Shown in pieces: positions 23,392 through 32,544 of a stretch of DNA of 64,000 bases. Both the position numbers and the translations under genes were made by a program. The stretch covers positions 1-64,000 of the forward strand of contig JBBDTI010000084.1 in assembly GCA_040904565.1 (NCBI GenBank). Reading direction: 5' to 3'. Position 1 is the first letter of the stretch. The number at the start of each line of letters is the position of its first letter. The stretch is from Rhodothermales bacterium (GTDB lineage Bacteria > Bacteroidota > Rhodothermia > Rhodothermales > VXPQ01). The notes under the pieces are model-generated. The model was not told the DNA's origin. It searched no databases and saw only the letters and a program-made list of their open reading frames with translations.

Positions 23392-24189
23392 TCAAAAGCC
23401 AGCTATTAGGCGCGTGAGGGATGCAGCCACCAGTGCCCAAAGAAAGCTGATCAGCGTACCGATAATAATGTATTCGGCTTCCATTCGGTTGGATCGCTCC
23501 CGGAGTTCGCCGAAGCGGAAGATCGATTTGGCTGCGACGAGAAATCCAATCGCGGCATACTGGTCGATGAGCACGAAGACGAAGATGAGGGCGCGTTCCA
23601 GCTGGCCAATCGTTCTGCCGCCATGTTTGAGTCCGCGCGAGGGTGCATGCACCGCGCGGTCGCCATCGCCAACGTGAGCGGGTTCCGGTACGCGGCCGGA
23701 CTCTCGTCGGGACGCGTCGCGGCGTATCTGACCGAGAAATGGCTCGACGGCTTGTTCGACAAAGTAGGCGCCCGCTGTTACGGTCACGATAAAGCCTGCG
23801 ACCACGGCGATCATGTGGAAGTAAATGACGCCGAACAGTTCCTTCCAGAGCGAGTCGTCGAGAAAATCGAAGCGAACGGTCAGCCATGCCGCCAGGAGTA
23901 TCACGACACCGTGAAGCGCTTGATCCACCAGAAATGCTCTCCATCCTTTTGCCTTCACCCGCGTCTTTCCAAGGTCCACGATCACGTGCGTGGATGAGAT
24001 GATCAGAGCCGGAAACCAGGCGGTCCATGTGCCCGCGAAGATGAATACGAGTACGGCATGAATCGCACCGTGCTTGGCGAGGACGGATATCCGCCCTTTA
24101 TTTTCAATGTCACGGCGGGTCTGCAGCAGAAAGTCGGCCGTTACGTGCGCAGCGAGAAATGCCAGGATAGCCTCGTTTAAAACAGTCAT
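23392..24189 (-). CDS. DUF3307 (SatE-like) membrane protein
   Basis: AHVTADFLLQ, KHGAIH, THVIVD, DQALH; C-terminal IGQLER...AAKSIFRF...EYIIIGTL. Confidence 0.88.
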   Translation of the reverse strand: MTVLNEAILAFLAAHVTADFLLQTRRDIENKGRISVLAKHGAIHAVLVFIFAGTWTAWFPALIISSTHVIVDLGKTRVKAKGWRAFLVDQALHGVVILLAAWLTVRFDFLDDSLWKELFGVIYFHMIAVVAGFIVTVTAGAYFVEQAVEPFLGQIRRDASRRESGRVPEPAHVGDGDRAVHAPSRGLKHGGRTIGQLERALIFVFVLIDQYAAIGFLVAAKSIFRFGELRERSNRMEAEYIIIGTLISFLWALVAASLTRLIAGF

Positions 24190-24229
24190 ATTTAAATGTT
24201 ATATGAAAGAACAGTGTTTTTGAGCTGTT
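24181..24229. promoter_or_regulatory. Tandem palindromic operator pair at the DUF3307 start
   Basis: AACAG-N10-ATGTT (24181-24200) and AACAG-N10-CTGTT (24210-24229), 29 bp apart, AT-rich. Confidence 0.6.
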
Positions 24230-24251
24230 ATTTAATGCCGACACATACACA

Positions 24252-24956
24252 TTACAGGGTCGGATCGTCGTGAACGCGTTCGAAGATAGTTTCGGAAACA
24301 CGCGCGGCGTACTCGATGGCATGCCAGCCGGCCGCGGTGAGGTGCTGCGCAACGGACTGCTGCGTGATGGGTCGGTCCACCCATTCATCGCCGATTTGCT
24401 GCTGCGTTCGGCCGAGGACGGCACGGGAAACGGCGAAGGCTTGCCGCCGAGTCCACCTGGTGATCTGGAGGTCCACAAGCCGAGCGACGGCGTCCAGTGA
24501 AACGGTGGTTGATCGCGGCAGTGCGCGTCCAGCGGCGATCGCCATACGCACGTCCCGCTCCATCGCGTCGATGGCGCCGCCGGAAAGGCGAAAGGCCTCT
24601 CCGTCCCCTCCAGAGATATCGTGATCGGGGACAAAATCGACTGTCCCGAATCCGATGGCAACGCGCGTGTCGATGTCCGCCGAATCGTACGTCGAACGCA
24701 GTGCAGCCCGCATAAACACGGCGATGCGCAGCGCAAGTGCGGGCCTCTCCACGAGAAGCTGCCAGCTATCGCCACGAAATATGTCGATGGGATGACATAC
24801 GGCCGGCGCAAAGTGATCGCGCGCCGCGCCCGCAGTGCGACGCAGCATCTCAGGCAGTTTTTCACGCTCTTTCGGCGGCAGCCGGCTCGACGCGGTTATG
24901 TCACCGGTTAGTACGGCGTACACGGACGTTTCGACTGACATTTCGGAGGGTATCAT
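24252..24956 (-). CDS. SatD family protein (nucleotide-cyclase-like domain + C-terminal HTH)
   Basis: VLTGDITASS, FRGDSWQ, DGEAFRLSG; HTH RTQQQIG...ITQQSVAQHL; adjacent to DUF3307. Confidence 0.85.
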   Translation of the reverse strand: MIPSEMSVETSVYAVLTGDITASSRLPPKEREKLPEMLRRTAGAARDHFAPAVCHPIDIFRGDSWQLLVERPALALRIAVFMRAALRSTYDSADIDTRVAIGFGTVDFVPDHDISGGDGEAFRLSGGAIDAMERDVRMAIAAGRALPRSTTVSLDAVARLVDLQITRWTRRQAFAVSRAVLGRTQQQIGDEWVDRPITQQSVAQHLTAAGWHAIEYAARVSETIFERVHDDPTL

Positions 24957-25002
24957 CGTCTTAATAGCCTGTAATGTAATAATACAGTATAAAAGACCTG
25001 TT
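24954..25002. promoter_or_regulatory. Tandem palindromic operator pair at the satD start
   Basis: CATCG-N10-CTGTA (24954-24973) and TACAG-N10-CTGTT (24983-25002), 29 bp apart. Confidence 0.6.
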
Positions 25003-25201
25003 ATATTAACGCAGGTTCCGTATCGCAGTGCGATCGAGTATACGCATGGTCGATTCTCCCTTCCCTATTGCCGGACACACATGACGAGCATCCGGACGGC
25101 GGGCACGTGGAGGCGACCCCACCGTGTGAACCTCACGTTAAGATGGCGAGTATAACCGTACGTCGTCTACGCTGTTTGGCCTTTTCCCGGATTCCGACAC
25201 C

Positions 25202-27586
25202 GTGCGCCGCTCCTCTTTCGTGAGATCCTTCGTCGTCATTCCGCTCCTGCTTTTCGGCCTCGTGTCGGCCGTCCAACCGGTACGTGCTCAGGACGCCTGG
25301 GAGGTGGACGTAGCCGCGGCGATGGAAAGGGGGGAGTGGGAACGGGCTGTGGACCGTCTCGACGACGTGCTCGCGGCCGATCCCGATCTGCTGCACGCCC
25401 GTCTGAAACGTGCGGTGGCCAACAGGGAGCGCGCCGTGGTGAAATTCGACCACCTCCGTAATCTCTATTTTCTGGCGGCGTCCAGTCTCAAGCACACGTG
25501 GGAGGCGGCCCAGCTGGCCGCGCGCGGAGAGAACTGGGAGCTCGACCAGGGTCGCGATTACGAGGTCACGCAAGCCATTTTCGACTTCGAGTACATCCTG
25601 GCGCGGGATTCCAGTTACTTCGGTGCGTTGCACGAGTATGCACGACTCTGGCACCGTCACCACGTCTTCGACAGGGCGATCGCCCTGGCCGAGGCGCAGA
25701 TCCGGATTGAACCCGCTCTGGGCTTCGCCCACGCGGAGCTGGTCGAGATCTACAGGCATTTCATTGCTCGTTCGGATGCGGACGACGCCCTGCAGGCGTT
25801 GCGGGAGCGCGGCACAGCCTACGCCGCATATTTTATCGGGGAGGTTCACCGCCGCGAAGGTCGCTTCGAGCAGGCGGACAGTGTGTTTGCCGCCCTTCTT
25901 GACGGGCCCAACGAGATACCGGCTCAGCCGGTACTCCTGTCTCGCGCCCGACTGCTCGTCGCCCAGGGCCGGTACGAGGAAGCGCACGCCCAGATTGAGG
26001 AGGCCGTGCAGGTTTGGACGCCGCTCGAAGGGCGGATGCTGCTGTCGGACTTCAAGTATGTGATGACGGAGGACGAGTATGCCGAAGCGCAGCGCCTGGG
26101 ATCGGCTGGCGCGTACGCCGACTTCTACGCGCGCATGTGGGCGCGCCGCGATCCTGCTCCTGCCTCCGACGTCAACTGGCGCCTCGTCGAACACATGCGG
26201 CGCCTCGTGGTCGCCGAGCGGGACTTTGAATACTATGGGCCCCGGCGCGCTTCACGCGGGGTAGATGAAGATCGGCAGTTCGGTGGAGCGGACCTGTCCG
26301 TTCCTGTCGGGCGGGACGATTTCCCGTCGTTTTACGCTGCCGCACACGGATTCAATGACAAGGGACTGATTTTCATCCGCCATGGCGAGCCGGATGAGAT
26401 CGTGGAGACGCAGCCTCAGCCGGGTTTCCTTCCGGGGTCCGGCGTACCCATGAACGCGTCCTGGCGGTATCTCGAGGAAGGCCTCGATTTTCACTTCATG
26501 ATCAGCCAGCATGACGGCATCGCGTACAGCTGGCCCCTCGTTTCCGTCATGACGAACTGCAATCTGGCCGATGACCGCAAGCACTGGGGTGGACTATACA
26601 ATCAGCTCGCTCCAAGCGCGCAGGCCGTCGATCCGAGAGGTACCGGCCGGATCAGCGACGCCTGCGGACCGGGAGCGCGCCCGCGCGACGAGTTGGAACT
26701 GCTGCAAACCGCAGCGCGGCTCGGAGAGCGGAATCGGGCGATTATTGCGGAGGGGCTCACGTCGGACCGCCATACCTGGTCTACGCAAGAGGTGGAAGCG
26801 TTCGACTTCCCGTACGACGTGGTTACCTTTAGAGGATACGACGGTGCGACGGACGTCAGCGCCTATCTCGCACTGCCCGTCGGCTGGCTGAGCGAGTCCG
26901 CCGACGGTGATACGCTGCCCGTGGAGATCGGAATTGCCCTGCACGATCAGGCATGGCGCGCGGCGGCCGAGGAATCGGTCATTCGCCGGTTCGCCGCGAC
27001 GGAAGATCGGACGGCGGCTGCGTTCGACGCCTTTCACGCGAGCGTGCCGCCGGATTCGTACCGCGTTTCTCTGCATGCCGACCTGCAGGGGGCACCCCCA
27101 CTGGGCGGCTATCAGTTCGAGCGCCGAATCCCCGATTACTCCCGGCCCGAGACCATGATGAGCGACGTGCTCGTGGCGTACGATATCCGCCCAAAACCGG
27201 GGCACGCGGCGACCGCGCGCAGCTCGCTCGACATCGTGGCCAATCCGTTCCGCCGGGTGTCGGTCGATCAGCCGCTGCACGTGTACTTCGAGCTGTACAA
27301 TCTCGTGCTGGATGGCGACGACCGGGCGCGGTATCGTGTCGAATATCGATTGGAGCCGCAGGATGAAGAAGGGGGGATCCTGGGACTGTTCCGCCGCACG
27401 CCGCCCGGCCTGTCCGTTGCAGCCGATTTCGAAGACGAGACGCCGTCACCGATCGTGTTCTCTCAGATCGACCTCAGCGAGCTTCCGTCGGGCTCCTACG
27501 AGCTCGTCGTGCGGGTATCGGATCGCAACGGCGATGCACAGCTCGAGCGCCGCCTGTCGATAGAACTGCTCGATCAGGGAATATGA
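25202..27586 (+). CDS. Secreted TPR + GWxTD-domain protein
   Basis: Signal peptide VRA-Q; TPR-like helices; W.RRDP.P.S..N....EH.RR...A and DKGLIFIRHGEPD. Confidence 0.8.
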   Translation: MRRSSFVRSFVVIPLLLFGLVSAVQPVRAQDAWEVDVAAAMERGEWERAVDRLDDVLAADPDLLHARLKRAVANRERAVVKFDHLRNLYFLAASSLKHTWEAAQLAARGENWELDQGRDYEVTQAIFDFEYILARDSSYFGALHEYARLWHRHHVFDRAIALAEAQIRIEPALGFAHAELVEIYRHFIARSDADDALQALRERGTAYAAYFIGEVHRREGRFEQADSVFAALLDGPNEIPAQPVLLSRARLLVAQGRYEEAHAQIEEAVQVWTPLEGRMLLSDFKYVMTEDEYAEAQRLGSAGAYADFYARMWARRDPAPASDVNWRLVEHMRRLVVAERDFEYYGPRRASRGVDEDRQFGGADLSVPVGRDDFPSFYAAAHGFNDKGLIFIRHGEPDEIVETQPQPGFLPGSGVPMNASWRYLEEGLDFHFMISQHDGIAYSWPLVSVMTNCNLADDRKHWGGLYNQLAPSAQAVDPRGTGRISDACGPGARPRDELELLQTAARLGERNRAIIAEGLTSDRHTWSTQEVEAFDFPYDVVTFRGYDGATDVSAYLALPVGWLSESADGDTLPVEIGIALHDQAWRAAAEESVIRRFAATEDRTAAAFDAFHASVPPDSYRVSLHADLQGAPPLGGYQFERRIPDYSRPETMMSDVLVAYDIRPKPGHAATARSSLDIVANPFRRVSVDQPLHVYFELYNLVLDGDDRARYRVEYRLEPQDEEGGILGLFRRTPPGLSVAADFEDETPSPIVFSQIDLSELPSGSYELVVRVSDRNGDAQLERRLSIELLDQGI

Positions 27587-28671
27587 TGCATCGTTTCCTG
27601 ACCATCTACGTGAATTGCCTGTCCGCCCATTCGGCTCCGCTTCGACGCTTTGCCGCAATCCTGGCGGTGGGATGTGTTGTCACGGCAGCGAAGCCGGTCT
27701 CCGCGCAGGACGCCGTGATCTTCGGGACGGTGACGGATACTGAAACGGGCGAGCCGCTGCCGGGTGCCAACGTCTTTCTGGACCAGACGACGACGGGCGC
27801 ATCTACGAACGATGACGGTCACTTCGAAGTCGGTCCGGTTGCACCCGGATCGTATCGCGTCGTCGTGTCCATGGTCGGCTACACCCCGCTGACGCGCGCG
27901 GTCGTCATCGTGCCCGAACAGGCACGTTACCGCGCGGATTTCGAAATGGAGCCGGATGTTATCGATCTTGGCGGCATCGACGTGGAGGCGGAACGCCCGC
28001 GTGGGTGGGAGGATGATCTCGAGCATTTCAAGGAGTTTTTTATCGGCACGTCCGATAATGCCCGGCAGACAGAGATTCTCAATCCATACGTGCTGGACTT
28101 CACCACGGAGGATGGCATCTTTAAGGCGCGCGCCTCGTCGCCTCTCATCATCGAGAACGGAGCACTGGGCTACCGGATTACGGTCGTGATTGCCTATTTC
28201 TGGGAGGTGGCCAACACGATGTATCTCGCGGGTCCGATGCACTTCGAAGCGATGCAGCCTCGGGACGAAGAGGAGGCGGAGTTGTGGCGGACGCATCGCC
28301 GGGATGCCTATGAAGGGTCTTACATGCATTTCCTGCAGAGCCTGATCGCGGGGACGCTGCGCGAGGATGGCTTTTTCGCGGCCCACGACATCATTCTCGG
28401 GCGCAATAGAGAGCGGGTCGAGGTGGGAGCTTTCCCGATCGTGCGGGCAACGGAGAGGCGGTATCTGTACGAGCTATCCTTCGATCACAGCCTGTATGTG
28501 GAGTATGGCCGGCAGGAGTCGCGCATCAGAATGGCGCGTCCCCGGGCAATCGTCCACGCTTCAGGCTATATTTACGGGCTAACCTATGAGCCGCCCCCAC
28601 CGCTGGTCGTTTCAGGTGCCATGTCTGAGCGGCGGATTGCAGACATGGTACCGCGAGATTATTCGTACTAG
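27583..28671 (+). CDS. Secreted carboxypeptidase-like regulatory domain protein (paralog of 21588-22688)
   Basis: GTVTDTETGEPLPGANVFL...VSMVGY; shared FIG...QTEI.NP.VLDF...IEN.ALGYRI. Confidence 0.82.
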   Translation: MMHRFLTIYVNCLSAHSAPLRRFAAILAVGCVVTAAKPVSAQDAVIFGTVTDTETGEPLPGANVFLDQTTTGASTNDDGHFEVGPVAPGSYRVVVSMVGYTPLTRAVVIVPEQARYRADFEMEPDVIDLGGIDVEAERPRGWEDDLEHFKEFFIGTSDNARQTEILNPYVLDFTTEDGIFKARASSPLIIENGALGYRITVVIAYFWEVANTMYLAGPMHFEAMQPRDEEEAELWRTHRRDAYEGSYMHFLQSLIAGTLREDGFFAAHDIILGRNRERVEVGAFPIVRATERRYLYELSFDHSLYVEYGRQESRIRMARPRAIVHASGYIYGLTYEPPPPLVVSGAMSERRIADMVPRDYSY

Positions 28672-28678
28672 AGAACTC

Positions 28679-29707
28679 ATGACGTATCGATCCATTCTCG
28701 GCGTTGCAGCCATCGTGTCTGTAGCCCTTATTTCGACCGTCGTGCTTGCCGGGTGCGAAAGCGGGGTGGATCCGTACGTCGGAACGGAGGAGCCTTATAC
28801 GATCTGGGGCGTGTTCGATGCGGCGGCGGACACGCAAAAGGTGAGGGTGTTCAGCATCGAAGGCGAGCCCGGCATCGATCGGCCGAGTGCCGTCGATGCC
28901 TCGGTCGTCTCGACGAATCTGTCGACGGGCGACCGGGTGGAATGGACGCCGCGCACCGTCACGTACGAGGAAGGGGAAACCGGGCACGTGTTCTGGGCGC
29001 CGTTCCGTGCCCAGTCAGGACACCGATACCGGCTGGACGTAACGCGATCGGATGGCAACACGTCGACTGCGGAGGTGACGGTGCCGACGGGGGTGGAACT
29101 GGAGATCAACACGTCCGATACGCGGAGTACGCTGCCGGTTCGCATCGTCGGCGATGTGCCGAACCTGCTCGGCGTCGAAGTGCGGTACGAGGCGACGAAC
29201 ATGCCGCCGGATCTCGTCTGGCCCCCGGGTACGGTGGCCCATCCCCTCGTATTTCATCCGGTCGATATCTCGTATCAGGAGGAGCTGAACCGAATCGAGG
29301 GAGGGTGGCAGTTCAACATTCAGATGCAGCGCGATTACGATCTCGTGCGGCGGGAATTCGAGCGTAACTGTCTCGTCACGAACGGAGCGCCCGGCATCGC
29401 GCTGCGCCGGGTTGAGCTCCGCCTCGTCGCCGCGGACTCGACGTGGAGCCCGCCCGGTGGGGCGTTCGACCCCGAGGTGCTGGTCGAGCCAACTGCCATG
29501 TCGAACATCGACAACGGATTTGGATTCATCGGCGCGGGCCACGTCAAGCGTCTGAGGTGGACGCCCCCGCGCGAGACGCGCCTCGGACTCGGTTACAGCG
29601 AGAGCCGTCCCTGCGGTATGGACGCGCAGCCCATCCCGGCGTGCATGGAACCGCCAATCCCGTGCCTGGGCGAAAATCCGCTCGACATCTGGGAGCTATT
29701 CTTCTAG
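28679..29707 (+). CDS. Hypothetical lipoprotein (DUF4249-like)
   Basis: LAGC lipobox; G.RYRLDVT..DG..STAEVTVP and SNIDNGFGFIG. Confidence 0.7.
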   Translation: MTYRSILGVAAIVSVALISTVVLAGCESGVDPYVGTEEPYTIWGVFDAAADTQKVRVFSIEGEPGIDRPSAVDASVVSTNLSTGDRVEWTPRTVTYEEGETGHVFWAPFRAQSGHRYRLDVTRSDGNTSTAEVTVPTGVELEINTSDTRSTLPVRIVGDVPNLLGVEVRYEATNMPPDLVWPPGTVAHPLVFHPVDISYQEELNRIEGGWQFNIQMQRDYDLVRREFERNCLVTNGAPGIALRRVELRLVAADSTWSPPGGAFDPEVLVEPTAMSNIDNGFGFIGAGHVKRLRWTPPRETRLGLGYSESRPCGMDAQPIPACMEPPIPCLGENPLDIWELFF

Positions 29708-29725
29708 ACTCCTTTTCCTTTCAGC

Positions 29726-29875
29726 GTGCAGAGCCGTTCCATCCGATATCTGACGTCGCTCACGTTCGTGGTGGTGACGGCCGCGGTCTGGGCGCCTCGC
29801 GAGGCTCTGGCTCAATCCGATGCGGAAGCGCTGCGTGCCGCCGGATTTACGACGGACGAGGAGCCCTCCGAATGA
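29726..29875 (+). CDS. Unlisted 49-aa ORF: signal peptide plus short acidic tail (small peptide or gene remnant)
   Basis: GTG start, MQSRSIRYLTSLTFVVVTAAVWAPREALA-QSDAEALRAAGFTTDEEPSE; TGA overlaps the next ATG. Confidence 0.45.
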   Translation: MQSRSIRYLTSLTFVVVTAAVWAPREALAQSDAEALRAAGFTTDEEPSE

Positions 29876-30951
29876 GCCGTAGAAAGCTCGAGAGCATTCA
29901 GGTATTGCGCGGCCTCGCCGCGTTGATGGTCGTCCTGGTACACATAGGAGTCACCGAGGCGCGGTACGGTGCGAACGGCTATCGCTGGCTCGACGGATTT
30001 GTGACGGGTAATGCCGGCGTCGACATCTTCTTCGTGATCAGCGGCTTCATTATGATCTATACCTCCTCGCATCGCGCGGGGTCGGTCGCGGAGTCCGGGC
30101 GGTTTCTGGTCAAGAGGGTTGTTCGGATTTATCCGACGTACTGGATCTACTTCTTCCTCGTCCTGGCGGCATGGTTGATCGTCCCGCAGTGGGTGAATTC
30201 GTCCGCCACGCAAGAGTCCAATTTGTTGGCCTCGTTCCTGCTGTATCCCGCGGAAGGCTATCCCCTTCTGCTCGTGGCGTGGACGCTGGAATTTGAAATG
30301 GTGTTTTATCTGCTTTTCACCGGCGCGCTCCTCGTACGCGAGCGCTACGTCCTGCCGTGTATTTTGGCCGTCATGGTCGGGCTCATCGCTGCCGGGCAGA
30401 TCGTGAGGCCGGAATCCGACGCCGCGACCGTGCTGATGAGTCCGATTCTATCAGAATTTGCGGTCGGATGCGTGCTCGGCTACATGCATCTTCGTCGCAC
30501 CTGGAAAGGGGGATGGTTCCTTGCCGCCGCGGGGGCGTTGCTGCTTCTGCTGGAGATTTTCGGGATCAGCTGGGTCTCCCTTGCCGGTCTGGCCGGCTCG
30601 CCCTTCGATCGTTCCCTGAGCTATGGGCTCGCCGCCATCCTGCTCGTGCACGGGCTCGTCTCTGTCGAACGGGAGAGCACGATTCGCTTTCCGCGCCTCG
30701 CCCTGTCGATCGGGATGTCGTCCTACTCACTCTACCTCTCCCACGTCCTCGTGCTTTCTGCGCTGGGACGCATCTGGCAGGCTCTTGGGCTCGACGTCCT
30801 CCCCAATCTGGTTTTCGTATCGCTGCTTCTCGTCGCCGCCGTGCTCTGGGGGCTCATCTCGTTTAGGTGGATCGAGAAGCCGCTCGTCGACGGCGGGCGA
30901 CGCCTCGTGCGTATCGGTTCCGAGACGGCACAGAGTCGGTTTGCATGGTAG
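29872..30951 (+). CDS. Acyltransferase family 3 (OafA/ExoZ-like)
   Basis: IQVLRGLAALMVVLVH, GVDIFFVISGFI, KRVVRIYP, WTLEFEM.FY, SYSLYLSH. Confidence 0.9.
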   Translation: MSRRKLESIQVLRGLAALMVVLVHIGVTEARYGANGYRWLDGFVTGNAGVDIFFVISGFIMIYTSSHRAGSVAESGRFLVKRVVRIYPTYWIYFFLVLAAWLIVPQWVNSSATQESNLLASFLLYPAEGYPLLLVAWTLEFEMVFYLLFTGALLVRERYVLPCILAVMVGLIAAGQIVRPESDAATVLMSPILSEFAVGCVLGYMHLRRTWKGGWFLAAAGALLLLLEIFGISWVSLAGLAGSPFDRSLSYGLAAILLVHGLVSVERESTIRFPRLALSIGMSSYSLYLSHVLVLSALGRIWQALGLDVLPNLVFVSLLLVAAVLWGLISFRWIEKPLVDGGRRLVRIGSETAQSRFAW

Positions 30952-31113
30952 AAAGTAGATATGGGAGGATGGTGGACGGGGGATGGTAGGATGGTGGATG
31001 AGCGGTCGACCATCGCCGGTCTTCCGCGAGCTGGGCGGGTTCGTCAGCAAGGCAGATGGACGTTTCTTAGCTTTCGATGTATGCCGAGTATGCCTCCTTC
31101 GCGCCGCGACGCC

Positions 31114-32097
31114 ATGACCCAGCTTCTGATTCGACTCCCTCTCGTTTTTCTCGCGGCGCTTCTGATGCTGGCCGGATGCACGTCGGAATCGCCTCGTGAC
31201 CCGCAGGACGGTGCCTCTGAGGAGCCGGCACGACCGTCCGTCACTGTTTCCGAGACGGCGGAAGGCTATGTCTTTACGGAGGGTGACGATTCTATCATGG
31301 TCTATCATGCGACGGCGCCGGACCCGGATCGCCCGCATGCCCGGGCGCATTACGTCCATCCCCTGTACGGCCTCGAGGGCACGGTGCTGACGGAGGATTT
31401 TCCGGAGGACCACCTGCATCAGCACGGGCTCTTCTGGGCATGGCATCAGATCTACGTCGGCGATGAGCGCGTGGGCGACGGCTGGATGCAGGAGAACGTA
31501 GAGTGGGTTGTCCGAAACGTGGAAACTCACGACGAGGGGCCGTCCGCCGCCATCCTTGCGACGGTGGACTGGTTCTCCCCCCTTCATGAGGGAGGCGACG
31601 AACCGTTCATTGAGGAAAGAGCGACGCTGATCGCCCATCCGGTTCGGGACGGGTACCGGACCATCGACGTTACGATCGAACTCCGCGGCCTGGTCGAGGG
31701 CGTGCGGCTCGGCGGCTCGGAAGATGAGAAGGGGTACGGCGGACTCTCACTCCGCATCCAGCTGCCGGACGACGTCACGTTTGCCGGTCCGGACGGACGC
31801 GTAGAGCCTCGGGAAACGGCCGTTGCAGCCGGCCCGTGGGTGAATATTACCGCCACGTTCGATCCGACGGGAGACGATTCCTCAGGCGTGGCTATTCTGC
31901 AGCATCCCACGCTTCCCACGTATCCGCAGCCGTGGATCTTGCGGGCCGCGGACAGCATGCAGAATCCTAAATGGCCGGGCGAGGATCCGGTACTTCTCTC
32001 GACGGAGGAGCCGGTCACGCTGCGGTATCGTCTCGTCGTGCACGACGGCTCCGCGAATGCGGTGACGTTGAACAACTGGCACGACGTGTTTGGATGA
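31114..32097 (+). CDS. DUF6807 ('PmoA-family') lipoprotein
   Basis: LAGC lipobox; YVHPLY...LTEDFPEDHLHQHGLFWAW, KGYGGL, LRYRLVVHDG. Confidence 0.75.
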   Translation: MTQLLIRLPLVFLAALLMLAGCTSESPRDPQDGASEEPARPSVTVSETAEGYVFTEGDDSIMVYHATAPDPDRPHARAHYVHPLYGLEGTVLTEDFPEDHLHQHGLFWAWHQIYVGDERVGDGWMQENVEWVVRNVETHDEGPSAAILATVDWFSPLHEGGDEPFIEERATLIAHPVRDGYRTIDVTIELRGLVEGVRLGGSEDEKGYGGLSLRIQLPDDVTFAGPDGRVEPRETAVAAGPWVNITATFDPTGDDSSGVAILQHPTLPTYPQPWILRAADSMQNPKWPGEDPVLLSTEEPVTLRYRLVVHDGSANAVTLNNWHDVFG

Positions 32098-32181
32098 CGG
32101 GCCTGCCTACCTCAAGCCGCAGCCGTGAGATGGAGACGCCCGAAGCATGCCGACTAACGAATACGAACGTACGGGAGCAGC

Positions 32182-32544
32182 ATGGAGAACAAGGAATCGG
32201 CCATCGTGGGTACGCTCGTCGCGGCGCTCTTCATCTCCACGTTCTTCTTCGTACCGTGGCGCATGGAAAGGTCCGGCGACCTCAAATGGGCACCGGCTTA
32301 TCGACCGCCGGTAACCGTCGAGCAAAGCGTTCGCGACGAGACCGTACGCTCCGTCGTGCGCTACGAGGAGGGGGAAGTCGCGATAGTCGTCTTTGTCGTG
32401 CAGCTACTGGCCATCGCCGCTCTCGGGGGCGCCGGACTGGCGCTACTCGGCATCCGGGTCCAGGACGTGCTTCGAGCCGAAGCGAAGGAAGAGGGCGGGG
32501 ACGACGACCATGTTGAGGAACGTCGACGTGAGGAGTCCGCCTAG
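32182..32544 (+). CDS. Small two-TM hypothetical membrane protein
   Basis: GGGAG RBS; two hydrophobic segments; 3' end overlaps the convergent RND gene. Confidence 0.55.
   Translation: MENKESAIVGTLVAALFISTFFFVPWRMERSGDLKWAPAYRPPVTVEQSVRDETVRSVVRYEEGEVAIVVFVVQLLAIAALGGAGLALLGIRVQDVLRAEAKEEGGDDDHVEERRREESA

Noticed and set aside
30966-31001. GGATGGT-like short repeats
   Set aside because: Short, irregular, low-complexity intergenic sequence
31114-32097. Methane monooxygenase (PmoA label)
   Set aside because: Soluble lipoprotein without pmoB/pmoC; the family name is misleading
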